Positions 9,478 to 19,414 of a DNA stretch of 64,000 bases are shown piece after piece (position 1 is the first letter of the stretch; the number at the start of each line of letters is the position of its first letter). Source of the DNA: Firmicutes bacterium TM09-10 (lineage in GTDB: Bacteria; Bacteroidota; Bacteroidia; Bacteroidales; UBA932). The DNA is taken from assembly GCA_963650755.1 (NCBI GenBank), contig CAVJMH010000003.1, positions 12,564 through 76,563 of the forward strand, in the 5' to 3' direction. The notes under the pieces were generated by a model. That model searched no databases, was not told the origin of the DNA, and saw only the letters and a list, made by a program, of their open reading frames with translations. The translations under genes were made by a program, and so were the position numbers.

Positions 9478-10596
9478 ATGGAATTTAATGTTTCGAGCGC
9501 AGAACTACTTAAAGCGTTGATGGATGTCTCAAAGGCCATTCCTGCGAAGACCGTCCTTCCTATATTGGATAATTTTCTTTTTGAGGCAAAAAATAACACT
9601 CTTACCATCACAGCCTCAGACCAGGAACTCACACTGCGAACCGAACTTCCGGTGGACTGCGCCGAAGACGGAAGCATTGCCGTTCCGTCGCATCAGCTGA
9701 TAGAGCTCGTCAAATCACTTCCAGACCAGCCTATCTGCATAAAAACCACATCCGATAATTCTTTCGAATGCACATGGAATAATGGTAATTCCTCTCTTCC
9801 GTATTATCCGTCAGAGGATTATCCTGAGATTGCAGATAACTGCGACAACACGCAGAAAATAGTCTTCCCGGCACAGGCGCTTGTAAACGGCATAACTTCC
9901 ACCGTTTACGCTACGGCCGATGACGAGATGCGTCCTACCATGAACGGTATTTTCTTCGACATCGACACAGAACAGACCACGCTCGTAGCCTCCGACTCCC
10001 ATAAGCTCATCTGCTACACGGACGAGCAGCTCAAGAGTCCTGTAAAGACATCTTTCATACTTCATAAAAAACCGGCGCTCATCCTTAAAAACACTATAGG
10101 TAAGGACGTTGAAGAAGTAGAAGTTAACTTCGATGAGAGTTCGGCCGTATTCAAATTCGGCACCACCACACTTATCTGTCGTCTTATCATCGGACGCTAC
10201 CCGAGATACCGCGACGTCATTCCTCAGAATAATTCAAACATTCTGAAAATAGACCGTGTTCAGCTCCTCAATACCGTAAAACGTGTATCAGTATGCTCTA
10301 ACAAAGCTTCCAACCACATCAAATTCGAACTTGGAGAGGGACAGCTCGAAATCACGGCCCAGGACTTGAGTTTTGCCATCGCAGCATACGAAAAAGTTCC
10401 ATGTGAATATGACGGAGACGTCATAAGCATAGGCTTCAAGAGCAGTTTCCTCATTGAGATACTTTCTAACATGAACTGCGAAAGCATAATCATGAAATTT
10501 GCAGATGCACGCCGCGCTGTTCTCATAGTCCCTTCCGAAGAGGAGGCCGAAAAAGAAAAGATCTGCGGCATCATAATGCCTATCATGGTATCCTAA
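9478..10596 (+). CDS. dnaN: DNA polymerase III beta sliding clamp
   Basis: LPILDNFLF, ITASD, RPTMNGI, VASDSHKL, GRYPRY, IGFKSSFL, C-terminal IMPI. Confidence 0.97.
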   Translation: MEFNVSSAELLKALMDVSKAIPAKTVLPILDNFLFEAKNNTLTITASDQELTLRTELPVDCAEDGSIAVPSHQLIELVKSLPDQPICIKTTSDNSFECTWNNGNSSLPYYPSEDYPEIADNCDNTQKIVFPAQALVNGITSTVYATADDEMRPTMNGIFFDIDTEQTTLVASDSHKLICYTDEQLKSPVKTSFILHKKPALILKNTIGKDVEEVEVNFDESSAVFKFGTTTLICRLIIGRYPRYRDVIPQNNSNILKIDRVQLLNTVKRVSVCSNKASNHIKFELGEGQLEITAQDLSFAIAAYEKVPCEYDGDVISIGFKSSFLIEILSNMNCESIIMKFADARRAVLIVPSEEEAEKEKICGIIMPIMVS

Positions 10597-10607
10597 AAAT
10601 CTAAATC

Positions 10608-11450
10608 ATGAACCTGAACCTTACACGTCCCCTGCTGTTCTTTGACATAGAAAGCACCGGACTCAATATTCCGCACGACAGCATCATAGAACTGAGTTTC
10701 GTAAAAGTCTTTCCCGACGGTAAAGAAGAGATAAAGACTTGGAAAATAAAGCCTTGGGACTATGAAAACAAGTGCCAGCGCCCCATTGAGCCTTCCGCAT
10801 CAAAAGTGAACGGCATAACCGACGACATGCTCGTGAACTGCCCTACTTTCTACGAAGTTTCCGATGAAGTGGCACAATGGCTCAGCGGAAGCGATCTGGC
10901 AGGATTCAACTCCGCCAAATTCGATCTTCCCATGCTTGCGGAAGAATTCGAAAGAGTGGCCCTCACCGGTAAAAAACTCGACGTGGACCTGCATAGCCCT
11001 AAAATGGTGGATGTACAGAACATCTATCACGCCATGGAGCCTCGTAATCTGAAAGCTGCATACAGATTCTACTGCGGCGGCGAGGATTTCGAGAATGCGC
11101 ATACGGCGGAAGCGGACACCATAGCCACTTATAAAGTTCTCAAAGGCCAATTGGACCGCTACCCTGACACCCTTAAAAACGATGTAGCATCCCTGGCAAG
11201 CTATGCTCCCAAGAAAACGATAGACTTCGCCGGCGCGCTCATTCAGGACGAAGATGGAGACGCTGTCATTAATTTCGGAAAATATAAAGGTCGTAAAGCC
11301 AGAGAAATCTACGAGACGGACAGGTCATATTTCAGTTGGATACGTAGCGGCTCCTTCATGCTGGACACGAAGAAACAATTCTCCCTTCTGGAAGAAAAAT
11401 ACGCCATGAGCAGCGGCGTAGAAAAATTGAAATTAAAATGGGGAAAATAG
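10608..11450 (+). CDS. DEDDh 3'-5' exonuclease (DnaQ-like)
   Basis: FFDIESTG, GFNSAKFD, AHTAEAD motifs, C-terminal FGKYKG domain, directly downstream of dnaN. Confidence 0.9.
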   Translation: MNLNLTRPLLFFDIESTGLNIPHDSIIELSFVKVFPDGKEEIKTWKIKPWDYENKCQRPIEPSASKVNGITDDMLVNCPTFYEVSDEVAQWLSGSDLAGFNSAKFDLPMLAEEFERVALTGKKLDVDLHSPKMVDVQNIYHAMEPRNLKAAYRFYCGGEDFENAHTAEADTIATYKVLKGQLDRYPDTLKNDVASLASYAPKKTIDFAGALIQDEDGDAVINFGKYKGRKAREIYETDRSYFSWIRSGSFMLDTKKQFSLLEEKYAMSSGVEKLKLKWGK

Positions 11451-13126
11451 CAGGAAAACTCATAAAGGCCTACTTTTCCATTAAAGGCGGAAAAGAAAAA
11501 GCGGCTATGGACAGGGCTCTGCAAGACCCCTTTAAAGTTTCCTGCCACACGCTCAGAGCCATACTTTCGTATAATAAGGACACTGCATACGGCATCGACC
11601 ACGACTTCGAATATATTCTGCAAGCCTCAGACGACCAGACACTTATCTCTCGCTACCGCGAGAAAGTTCAAGCCAACGACTACGAGGCATTCCGTCCCTA
11701 TGTGGACAGACAGCTGAAAGGCGAAGATAACGTGCTTGTCCCAGGAAGGCCATTCATGTATGCCACCACCTCAGGAACTACGGCCAAGCCTAAGTTCCTG
11801 CCCATATCCTATAAATATAAAAACGTCTCACACAGAATATCCAACCTCTGGTTTTGGATTCTGTCCAGAGACTCCCGTCTGGTCGCAGGAAGATATCTGG
11901 TAGTAGTGAGCCCTGCGATAGAAGGACGGACCAAGACAGGCGTACCCGTCGGCTCCATATCCGGTTACACTCAGGCATCTTCGTCCAAGATACTGCGTTC
12001 CAAGATAGCCAACCCATACTATCTCGCGGACATATCTGACTACACTGCACGCTACTACGCCATAATGCGTATGGCCATAGAATGCCGCGACCTGTCGCTC
12101 ATAGTCACTGCCAATCCTTCCACCATAACGGAACTTCTTAAGAACGCGGAAGAATTCTACGACGACTATATCACTGACATAGAGCAAGGCACGATAAGCA
12201 CCAAGTTCGAGATAGAAAAGGAAATACGCGACCGCCTCGAAGAGATTCTTCGCCCAAATCCGAAACGTGCACGAGAACTCCGCGCCATTAAAGAGAAACA
12301 TCCGCACCCGCTGCCTAAGGACTATTGGCCTGAATTTGCGGGTCTGAACACGTGGAAATGCGGTAATACACAGATATATATCGATAAATTCATCGATGCC
12401 TTTCCGAAAAACATCAAGCACATAGAGATAGGATACTTTGCTTCCGAATGCCGTTTCGGTATGCCTTTCGATACATCGAACTGGAGTGTTCCTTATGCTC
12501 AATTCCACTTCTTCGAATTCGTGGAAGAAAGCGAACTTGAAAGCAAGAACCCGCATTTCCTGATGCTCAACGAACTGGAAGAAGGTAAGAACTACTGCGT
12601 TTACATAAGTACATTCAACGGCATCTACCGTTATAATATGAACGATATGGTAGTCTGCGGACCTAAATACAAAGGCACCCCGAGACTACACATGATGCAG
12701 AAAATCAACGGTATAGTAAGCATCACTGGAGAGAAACTCTACGAAAAGCAGTTCATAGACGCCGTGCACTGGGCTGAACGGAAGAAATCCATCAAGACCA
12801 AATTTTTCGTGGGATTCGCCGATGTGGAAAAATCCAGATACGATTTCTTCTACGAATTCGACAAGCCTATTGACCAGACCACTGCGAGCGAATTTTCAGA
12901 AATGGTGGATGAGAAGCTCCAAAATGACAACACCGAATACGCCGCTAAACGCAAATCCCTAAGACTCAAGAACCCTAACACATTTCTTCTCATAGGAGAC
13001 AGTTTTAGGGCATTCAAAAAGGAAAGTCTAAAAAAAGGACTGCGCGACGGACAGTTCAAGATAGTTCACCTGATGCAAAACCAGGAGAAAGAAAGCATCT
13101 TTAAACGCCTAACTCACAAGGATTAG
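11438..13126 (+). CDS. GH3 (auxin-responsive promoter family) acyl-adenylate-forming enzyme
   Basis: TTSGTTAKPK P-loop, GYFASE, YRYNMNDMV and GEK motifs. Confidence 0.88.
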   Translation: MGKIAGKLIKAYFSIKGGKEKAAMDRALQDPFKVSCHTLRAILSYNKDTAYGIDHDFEYILQASDDQTLISRYREKVQANDYEAFRPYVDRQLKGEDNVLVPGRPFMYATTSGTTAKPKFLPISYKYKNVSHRISNLWFWILSRDSRLVAGRYLVVVSPAIEGRTKTGVPVGSISGYTQASSSKILRSKIANPYYLADISDYTARYYAIMRMAIECRDLSLIVTANPSTITELLKNAEEFYDDYITDIEQGTISTKFEIEKEIRDRLEEILRPNPKRARELRAIKEKHPHPLPKDYWPEFAGLNTWKCGNTQIYIDKFIDAFPKNIKHIEIGYFASECRFGMPFDTSNWSVPYAQFHFFEFVEESELESKNPHFLMLNELEEGKNYCVYISTFNGIYRYNMNDMVVCGPKYKGTPRLHMMQKINGIVSITGEKLYEKQFIDAVHWAERKKSIKTKFFVGFADVEKSRYDFFYEFDKPIDQTTASEFSEMVDEKLQNDNTEYAAKRKSLRLKNPNTFLLIGDSFRAFKKESLKKGLRDGQFKIVHLMQNQEKESIFKRLTHKD

Positions 13127-13922
13127 CCGGCCAAGGATTATCTTTAATCCCCGCACCCTCAACCATACGTGCATGAGCGAGTTCCAGCATTCTGCGGACC
13201 TCGCTTTCGCGTCTATTGGCCCGATCTGGAATAATAGGTTCAAGTATTTTTATCGTGAAAAGAGGCAAATCCTTAGGTCCGGTCAGCCGATAAATGCCCT
13301 TTCTTTCACGGAAGGTAACGACCAGAGGGACAAGCGGACAGTTATATTTGTACGCCATAGTAAAAGGTCCTTTTCTGAAAGGTCTTATGTAAGGATAGAA
13401 ATCCCACCTGACTTCCTCCGGAAAGACATGTATCCACTCCCCTCGTGAATTGAACTCGTCAAGAGCACGATTAAACTCCTTCATCCCGGAAGTAGTCTCG
13501 GCTATAGGAACTCCGCCCATGTAACGCAACATCCAGTGATAAAGAGCGCTCTTGTTAAAATGTTTAGCATACATAGGGATATGCATCTTACGATAAATGC
13601 CAAGCGCACGGCACACCATTACGGCATCCTCCCTGAATACATGGTTACATACGGACACTCCTCCTCCGGATAATTCCTTCTTATACTTTTTCAGAATATC
13701 CCTGCCCTCAATCCTGAGCCCAAGGCACACGCGATGAAAGATGTTATCTAACCACCTGAGCATAAAGGCATTGATGGTCCTGTTCAGTTTATAGTGAAAA
13801 CTGTCATCTAAATATGGGTAATTCTCGTCGAACTGGTATTTGCCTTTCGATGAATCCTCCACCGCCACGTGAACCATTCTTGTAAAAGGATAGTCCGGGT
13901 ATGTAATATCTTTTCGCTTCAT
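13101..13922 (-). CDS. Lysophospholipid acyltransferase (PlsC/LPLAT family)
   Basis: NHVFRED (HxxxxD), FPEE, FRKGPF motifs. Confidence 0.85.
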   Translation of the reverse strand: MKRKDITYPDYPFTRMVHVAVEDSSKGKYQFDENYPYLDDSFHYKLNRTINAFMLRWLDNIFHRVCLGLRIEGRDILKKYKKELSGGGVSVCNHVFREDAVMVCRALGIYRKMHIPMYAKHFNKSALYHWMLRYMGGVPIAETTSGMKEFNRALDEFNSRGEWIHVFPEEVRWDFYPYIRPFRKGPFTMAYKYNCPLVPLVVTFRERKGIYRLTGPKDLPLFTIKILEPIIPDRANRRESEVRRMLELAHARMVEGAGIKDNPWPANPCELGV

Positions 13923-13929
13923 AAGGATA

Positions 13930-13937
13930 CAAATTTA
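13930..13937 (-). promoter_or_regulatory. Bacteroidota -7 box for the acyltransferase
   Basis: Minus strand TAAATTTG, 7 nt before the ATG. Confidence 0.65.
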
Positions 13938-13949
13938 GCATTTTTTACG

Positions 13950-13957
13950 TACTTTTG
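13950..13957 (+). promoter_or_regulatory. Bacteroidota -7 box for the FAH-like/nhaA unit
   Basis: TACTTTTG, divergent from the acyltransferase promoter. Confidence 0.65.
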
Positions 13958-13991
13958 CCGCTCGAAAACTTGCGAAAGTTAGTATTAGTGT

Positions 13992-14558
13992 ATGAATATC
14001 ATAGTGCTCACATCTGAAGGAAATGTCATGACCAGACCGGACACCACGTGGGAAAAAGATAACGAAGATTTCTACGTGCCTGAGGACATCCACTCCATAA
14101 AGTTCGCGCCCGTCCTATTTGCCCGAATCAGCAAGCCGGGACGCAGCATAGAAGAAAAATTCGCCTCACGGCACTATGATGCCATAGGCTACGGAGTGTT
14201 CCTATATCCTTCTGAATATCTGGATATTCCGCGTCAAGGATGGGCCTGTGCCAACTGCCTTGACCACACTTCATTTCTTCCACACCCGCTTTTCAATCCT
14301 GCCACGCTTTCTCTGAAGACTAACAGTTTCGAACTTAAAAAAAACGGCAGAACCATTTTTCTTCACCCCGCTGACACTATAGAGTCCGTAGAACAGGCCG
14401 TCAGCAAAGTCTCCACCAGATGTTACCTCAGAACAGGAGACTTCGTAGTAAAAGAACTTAGCGCCCCTAAAGATTTGTGCACTTCCACTGAAAAGGATGT
14501 ACAGATATGCGGCACATATTGCAATAATGAAACCATTGATTTTAAAATTATATTCTAA
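13992..14558 (+). CDS. Fumarylacetoacetate-hydrolase-like protein, divergent
   Basis: RPDT..FYVP..RISKPGRSI..KFASRHYDA..LRTGD resembles Bacteroidota FAH proteins. The acidic metal ligands are not recognisable. Confidence 0.7.
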   Translation: MNIIVLTSEGNVMTRPDTTWEKDNEDFYVPEDIHSIKFAPVLFARISKPGRSIEEKFASRHYDAIGYGVFLYPSEYLDIPRQGWACANCLDHTSFLPHPLFNPATLSLKTNSFELKKNGRTIFLHPADTIESVEQAVSKVSTRCYLRTGDFVVKELSAPKDLCTSTEKDVQICGTYCNNETIDFKIIF

Positions 14559-14559
14559 C

Positions 14560-15951
14560 ATGAAGCTTATTCCTATCTACAGCTGGAACAATACCAGAAA
14601 AAAATTCCGGGAAAGCGGCGCAAAACTTTCAAACCAACCCTGGTTTCAAGGAGTTCTTCTCCTGATTTGCGTAGCGGTGGCTCTCTTGCTTGCCAATCTG
14701 CCTGCCACCAAAGATTTTTATCATAACATCCTGAACACTGACCTTACCATAAGTCTGGCCAGCCCTAACGACGCCATTAACGTCCACTTCCCTCGCGAAA
14801 TGAACGTGGAGAAATTCATCAACGACGTTCTGATGATGATTTTCTTCTTCACTGTAGGTTTGGAGATCAAGCGCGAAGTGGCATACGGAGAGCTCTCGTC
14901 CCCTAAAAAGGCCATTCTTCCTATAATCGCCGCATTCGGTGGTGTAATGTGCCCGGCTCTTATCTACACCCTTGTAAACCACGGCGGTCCGGGAGCTACA
15001 GGATGGGGTATTCCTACTGCTACTGACATAGCATTTGCCGTCTGCATTCTTTCCGCCCTCGGAGACAAGGTTCCCGTGGCCATGAAAGTGTTCCTGACTG
15101 CGCTGGCCATAGCGGATGACCTTATAGCCATATTGGTAGTGGCGCTTTTCTACGGCGGAGCCATAAACGGTAAACTTCTAATCATAGCATTCCTTCTCAT
15201 AGGCGTAGCGGTCCTTATGCGTAAAGCCGGAGAAAAGCGAATGTTCCCTTACATAGTCGTGGCCCTTTTGATTTGGGTTCTGTTCTACTACGGAGGCATA
15301 CATGCCACAATGTCCGGAGTAGTGATGGCTTTCGTCATCCCTAACAAGGCTCGCTACGACAAGCAGACAGTTTATTCCAAGATACAAAGTGCCTGGGATA
15401 ACTTCCAGAAGTACGACGACATCGAATCCGGAATGGGCTTCCCAAGCGGACCTCAGAGACACTATCTTCGCGAATTGAAAGCGGCTGCCAACGGTTCAAT
15501 GAACATGAGCTACACCCTCGAAAGAGCCCTTTCTCCATGGGTTAACTTTCTGATAATGCCCCTCTTTGCTCTTGCCAATGCAGGTGTGGAACTTGACCCA
15601 AGTTCTCTTACAGCAGGCGGTGTAGGTCTGGGAATCATATTAGGTCTCGTGATAGGCAAACCTGTGGGCATCACACTTTTAAGCTGGATATGCGTAAAAC
15701 TGGGGATAGGAGAGAAGCCTCAGGGAACGTCTTGGCTTATGTTCCTCGCTGTAGCATGTCTGGGAGGTATAGGCTTTACCATGAGCATCTTCGTGGACAC
15801 GCTTTCCTTCGGAGACCAGATACCTGCCGTTACAGAAAGCCTTCGTGCGACCGGTAAGATAGCCGTACTGACCGGATCAGTATGTGCCGCCATAATAGGA
15901 AGCGCTTTCGTATGCGTAGTGAATGCAATACAAAAGCGCTCTAAAAAATAA
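14560..15951 (+). CDS. nhaA: Na+/H+ antiporter NhaA
   Basis: FINDVLM, GLEIKRE, GWGIPTATDIAFA, LAIADD, GIGFTMSIF. Start at ATG 14560. Confidence 0.96.
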   Translation: MKLIPIYSWNNTRKKFRESGAKLSNQPWFQGVLLLICVAVALLLANLPATKDFYHNILNTDLTISLASPNDAINVHFPREMNVEKFINDVLMMIFFFTVGLEIKREVAYGELSSPKKAILPIIAAFGGVMCPALIYTLVNHGGPGATGWGIPTATDIAFAVCILSALGDKVPVAMKVFLTALAIADDLIAILVVALFYGGAINGKLLIIAFLLIGVAVLMRKAGEKRMFPYIVVALLIWVLFYYGGIHATMSGVVMAFVIPNKARYDKQTVYSKIQSAWDNFQKYDDIESGMGFPSGPQRHYLRELKAAANGSMNMSYTLERALSPWVNFLIMPLFALANAGVELDPSSLTAGGVGLGIILGLVIGKPVGITLLSWICVKLGIGEKPQGTSWLMFLAVACLGGIGFTMSIFVDTLSFGDQIPAVTESLRATGKIAVLTGSVCAAIIGSAFVCVVNAIQKRSKK

Positions 15952-15956
15952 CCTTG

Positions 15957-16029
15957 AGCCACTCACGAGGCTCGAACTCGCGACCTGCGCGTTACGAATG
16001 CGCTGCTCTACCGACTGAGCTAAAGTGGC
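15957..16029 (-). tRNA. tRNA-Thr (CGT)
   Basis: Minus strand GCCACTTTAGCTCAGTCGGTAGAGCAGCGCATT-CGT-AACGCGCAGGTCGCGAGTTCGAGCCTCGTGAGTGGCT folds as a cloverleaf. CCA not encoded. Confidence 0.95.
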
Positions 16030-16039
16030 TTTGGGACTG

Positions 16040-16047
16040 CAAAGATA
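16040..16047 (-). promoter_or_regulatory. Bacteroidota -7 box for tRNA-Thr
   Basis: Minus strand TATCTTTG, 10 nt before the tRNA 5' end. Confidence 0.75.
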
Positions 16048-16060
16048 ATAAAATTCTTTA

Positions 16061-17419
16061 TTATAACAACGACTTTGCGCAACTCTCTCCGGCCAAATGT
16101 CCGGTGCTGAATGCCAGCTGAAGATTATATCCTCCGGTATCGGCATCGATGTCAAGGAGTTCGCCGCAGAAATACAAACCTTTACACAGACGGGATTCCA
16201 TAGTTTTAGCTATGATCCCGTCTGTATCTATTCCGCCGGCAGTTACCACCGCACGTTCATATCCGACAAAACCTACAATATCAAAATTCCAGCATTTCAG
16301 GGCTTTAGCTATGCTCACGAGGTTCACCCACACCTTAGTCTGTGTGCGGGAGCGACGTTCAAGGGTCATAATCTGCGGATTGGAAGACACGAAAGCTGGA
16401 ATCAGATCCCACGGCATAAGTTTACCCAAAAGTATGCGGCATCTTTCCTTTTCACGAAGATTACGGCTTCGCAGATCATGGTCTATCTCCGTCCAGAGCT
16501 GTTTAACGCGATTAGTAAGTTCCGTAAGCTCTACACCGGGCTTCATGTCCACACTCAACCTTACCTTTGAACCGTTTACAAGTGCTTTGACTGCCTTACG
16601 GCTTAACTGAAACCCTATAGGTCCCTCAATTCCACCATCCGTAAAATCTATATCCCCGAATTCGTCTCCAGATAGAACATCCTGAATAAAAAGCTGCGCT
16701 CCCACATTTTTTAGCGACAGAGAGCACAACTTCTCTCCGAACTCGGTAAGTGGAGTGGAACGGTGTATATGAAGACTTTTCTCCTCTTGATTCTTATACC
16801 CTGAAGGAACGAGGGCCGTAAGAGATGGAAATGTCGGAACTATCTTATGTCCAAGGCCCTCAGCCCATTGATAGCCATCCCCTGTAGAACCTGTCGAAGG
16901 ATAGCTTAATCCTCCTGTAGAAACTATCAAGCGGGAAGAAATATACTGCGTTCCATCCTCAAGACTTACACGATAGTCGCTGCCGTCATAGGAAACACTT
17001 TTTACTGGAGCCTCACAAACTATCTTCACACCGTTACCTAGACACGTCGACACCAGAGTGTCTATTACATCCGAAGCCTTGTGCGAAGCCGGAAAGACCC
17101 TGTCTCCCCTCTCCACTACTGTAGGAAGTCCATTATCCTCGAAAAACGCTATAACATCTTCTGGAGTAAAACTATAGAACGCCGACTTTACCACGTTACA
17201 CTTCGAACGGATGTGAGCGCTGAATTCATTCCACGACTTGAGATTGGTGAAATTACAACGGCCTTTACCCGTAATCATCATTTTACGCGCAGGGCGAGGC
17301 ATTTTTTCAAGAAGTGTCACCTGATAGCTTTTATCTGCACCTATTAATGTACGCGAAGCCGAATATGCAGCCATCAGCCCTGAAGCCCCTGCTCCTATTA
17401 TCAAAATATCTGAACGCAT
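16061..17419 (-). CDS. HI0933/BaiN family NAD(P)/FAD-dependent oxidoreductase
   Basis: GAGASG, ITGKGRCNFTN, TGGLSYPSTGSTGDGY, VTAGG, DADTGGYNLQ. Confidence 0.93.
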   Translation of the reverse strand: MRSDILIIGAGASGLMAAYSASRTLIGADKSYQVTLLEKMPRPARKMMITGKGRCNFTNLKSWNEFSAHIRSKCNVVKSAFYSFTPEDVIAFFEDNGLPTVVERGDRVFPASHKASDVIDTLVSTCLGNGVKIVCEAPVKSVSYDGSDYRVSLEDGTQYISSRLIVSTGGLSYPSTGSTGDGYQWAEGLGHKIVPTFPSLTALVPSGYKNQEEKSLHIHRSTPLTEFGEKLCSLSLKNVGAQLFIQDVLSGDEFGDIDFTDGGIEGPIGFQLSRKAVKALVNGSKVRLSVDMKPGVELTELTNRVKQLWTEIDHDLRSRNLREKERCRILLGKLMPWDLIPAFVSSNPQIMTLERRSRTQTKVWVNLVSIAKALKCWNFDIVGFVGYERAVVTAGGIDTDGIIAKTMESRLCKGLYFCGELLDIDADTGGYNLQLAFSTGHLAGESCAKSLL

Positions 17420-17450
17420 TTAGAAGCTGTTTTAAATGAGCACAAAAAAA

Positions 17451-17547
17451 GGGAAAGCTTAGCACATCGCACCGCTACAACCTCCTGCCCTTGCTACCTT
17501 CCGGTCCTGGGGGAATTCAGAGGGAGCTGGTCGTGTACGACTTTCCC
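17451..17547 (-). ncRNA. ffs: Signal recognition particle 4.5S RNA
   Basis: Minus strand carries the helix-8 core CAGGACCGGAAGGTAGCA. Terminal stem GGGAAAG/CTTTCCC is followed by a T run. TATATTTG promoter box at 17552-17559. Confidence 0.92.
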
Positions 17548-17662
17548 GCCGCAAATATAATCATTATTCACTTATCCCGCAATATCCAAAACCTTAAATG
17601 CTCAGACGAATACAAGGATGAAAAATGAGCTAAGAAAATAGAAATTATTTTAAATAATCCTT

Positions 17663-17947
17663 TCATTTCTTTTTGGGATTTTTAGGAAACCAACCTTTCT
17701 CCACTCTCTTTTTCTGCTCAAACACCTCAAATATACTCCAAAAACATGAAAAAGTAAGCACACCGAGAAGCGTGGAAGCTACATAATGCGTCGATAAAAG
17801 AGATGCTCCGGCAGCAAAAATACCGACAAGGGCAAAAATCCATGCGCTCTTTACTCCCCACAAGTAATGAGCTTTTATTACCAAAGGATGAAAAAGGCCA
17901 ATGCACAAAAATGCACCGGCCCCAATTATTAGTCCTATATAATTCAT
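17663..17947 (-). CDS. Small membrane protein, DUF4491-like
   Basis: IGLFHPLVIK...FSCFWSIFEVFEQKKRVEKGWFPKNP, three hydrophobic segments. Confidence 0.8.
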   Translation of the reverse strand: MNYIGLIIGAGAFLCIGLFHPLVIKAHYLWGVKSAWIFALVGIFAAGASLLSTHYVASTLLGVLTFSCFWSIFEVFEQKKRVEKGWFPKNPKKK

Positions 17948-17948
17948 G

Positions 17949-19316
17949 TTAACTTTCTACACGATTCGCATTGGCATCAAAATTAACTGCTATATCGCCC
18001 TGATGATTTTTACCGAACTCGTAATCCTTACCAGGAAGAATGGCATTAAGAATGATACCTATCAAAGATGCCACCGCTATGGCGGAAAGTTTAGTGAATC
18101 CAACATCTACGCTTCCACCAGGAATGCCGTAATTGATGCCTATTCCAAGCACAAGAATGATGGCAGCGATTATCACATTCCTCGACGAAGTGAAATCTAC
18201 CTGATTTTCAACCACATTACGTACACCCACAGCTGAAATCATGCCATAAAGTATGAGCGATACACCTCCTATAACAGCAGCAGGCATAGCGGCTATGAGA
18301 GCTGAAAATTTAGGGCAGAAAGAACATACTATCGCCAGACAAGCCGCAATTCGTATGACACGTGGATCATAAATGCGGGTTAGGTTCAGAACACCTGTGT
18401 TTTCTCCGTAAGTGGTGTTAGCCGGAGCCCCGAAAAGCGATGCCAGGATAGTAGCAAGTCCGTCGCCCACGAGAGTTCTGTGAAGACCAGGGTCCTGAAG
18501 ATAATTTTTCCCGGTAGTGGATGAAATGGCGCATATATCTCCTATATGTTCTATCATCGTGGCAAGCGCGATAGGAACTATCGTTATGATAGAAGCCAGC
18601 AGAAGCTCAGTGTTCATGGTATTCCCTATCGCAAGCACTGTTTGACTGCGATGAACCGGAAGACCTATCCAAGCAGCCTGTTTCACGCCTGAAAAATCAC
18701 ACATTCCTAAAAAAGCAGCCACCATGTACGAACCTACGACGCCTATCAGGATAGGAATTATACGCACCATTCCCTTACCCCAGACGTTACATACGATGAT
18801 TATAATTATAGCCAATATGGCTACTCCCCAGTCTGTAGTGCAGTTCTGTATGGCGGAACCTGAAAGAATCAGTCCAATGCAGATGATGATAGGGCCTGTT
18901 ACGATAGGCGGGAAATACCTCATCACCCTCCTCACTCCGAAGAAATAGAACAAAGCAGCAAGGATGAAATACAAAAAACCTGCACAGGCAACGCCGATGC
19001 AGGCATAAGGTAAAGATTGCTGAGCATTAAGGCCAAGAGAGGAACCCATCTCCACCACCGAAAGGTAGCCACCGATGAAGGCGAACGACGACCCCAGGAA
19101 GGCCGGGACCTTCATCTTTGTGATTAAGTGAAAAATCAAGGTGCCGATACCGGCAAAAAGAAGAGTGACAGAAACAGGAAGACCTGTAATAGTAGGAACC
19201 AAGATGGTGGCGCCAAACATTGCAAACATGTGTTGCAACCCGAGAGTAAACATTTTAGGCTTGCCTAAAGTCCTCGCGTCATAAATCGGAAGTTGAGATG
19301 CTTGTGATTTTGACAT
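17949..19316 (-). CDS. Uracil/xanthine permease (NCS2, UraA-like)
   Basis: QHMFAMFGAT, LGSSFAF, EHIGD, PANTTYGENTG (NAT motif). Confidence 0.93.
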   Translation of the reverse strand: MSKSQASQLPIYDARTLGKPKMFTLGLQHMFAMFGATILVPTITGLPVSVTLLFAGIGTLIFHLITKMKVPAFLGSSFAFIGGYLSVVEMGSSLGLNAQQSLPYACIGVACAGFLYFILAALFYFFGVRRVMRYFPPIVTGPIIICIGLILSGSAIQNCTTDWGVAILAIIIIIVCNVWGKGMVRIIPILIGVVGSYMVAAFLGMCDFSGVKQAAWIGLPVHRSQTVLAIGNTMNTELLLASIITIVPIALATMIEHIGDICAISSTTGKNYLQDPGLHRTLVGDGLATILASLFGAPANTTYGENTGVLNLTRIYDPRVIRIAACLAIVCSFCPKFSALIAAMPAAVIGGVSLILYGMISAVGVRNVVENQVDFTSSRNVIIAAIILVLGIGINYGIPGGSVDVGFTKLSAIAVASLIGIILNAILPGKDYEFGKNHQGDIAVNFDANANRVES

Positions 19317-19337
19317 ATGATTTTACTTTTCGGGTTG

Positions 19338-19345
19338 CAAAAGTA
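19338..19345 (-). promoter_or_regulatory. Bacteroidota -7 box for the uracil permease
   Basis: Minus strand TACTTTTG. Confidence 0.65.
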
Positions 19346-19381
19346 CGGCATAAAATCATATTCTGCAAATTTTTTAAAAAC

Positions 19382-19413
19382 AAAAAAGACCGACTGTTTC
19401 AGTCGATCTTTTT
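19382..19413 (-). terminator. Intrinsic terminator after rplS-tRNA-Arg
   Basis: Minus strand GATCGACTG-AAA-CAGTCGGTC followed by TTTTTT. Confidence 0.85.
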
Positions 19414-19414
19414 G

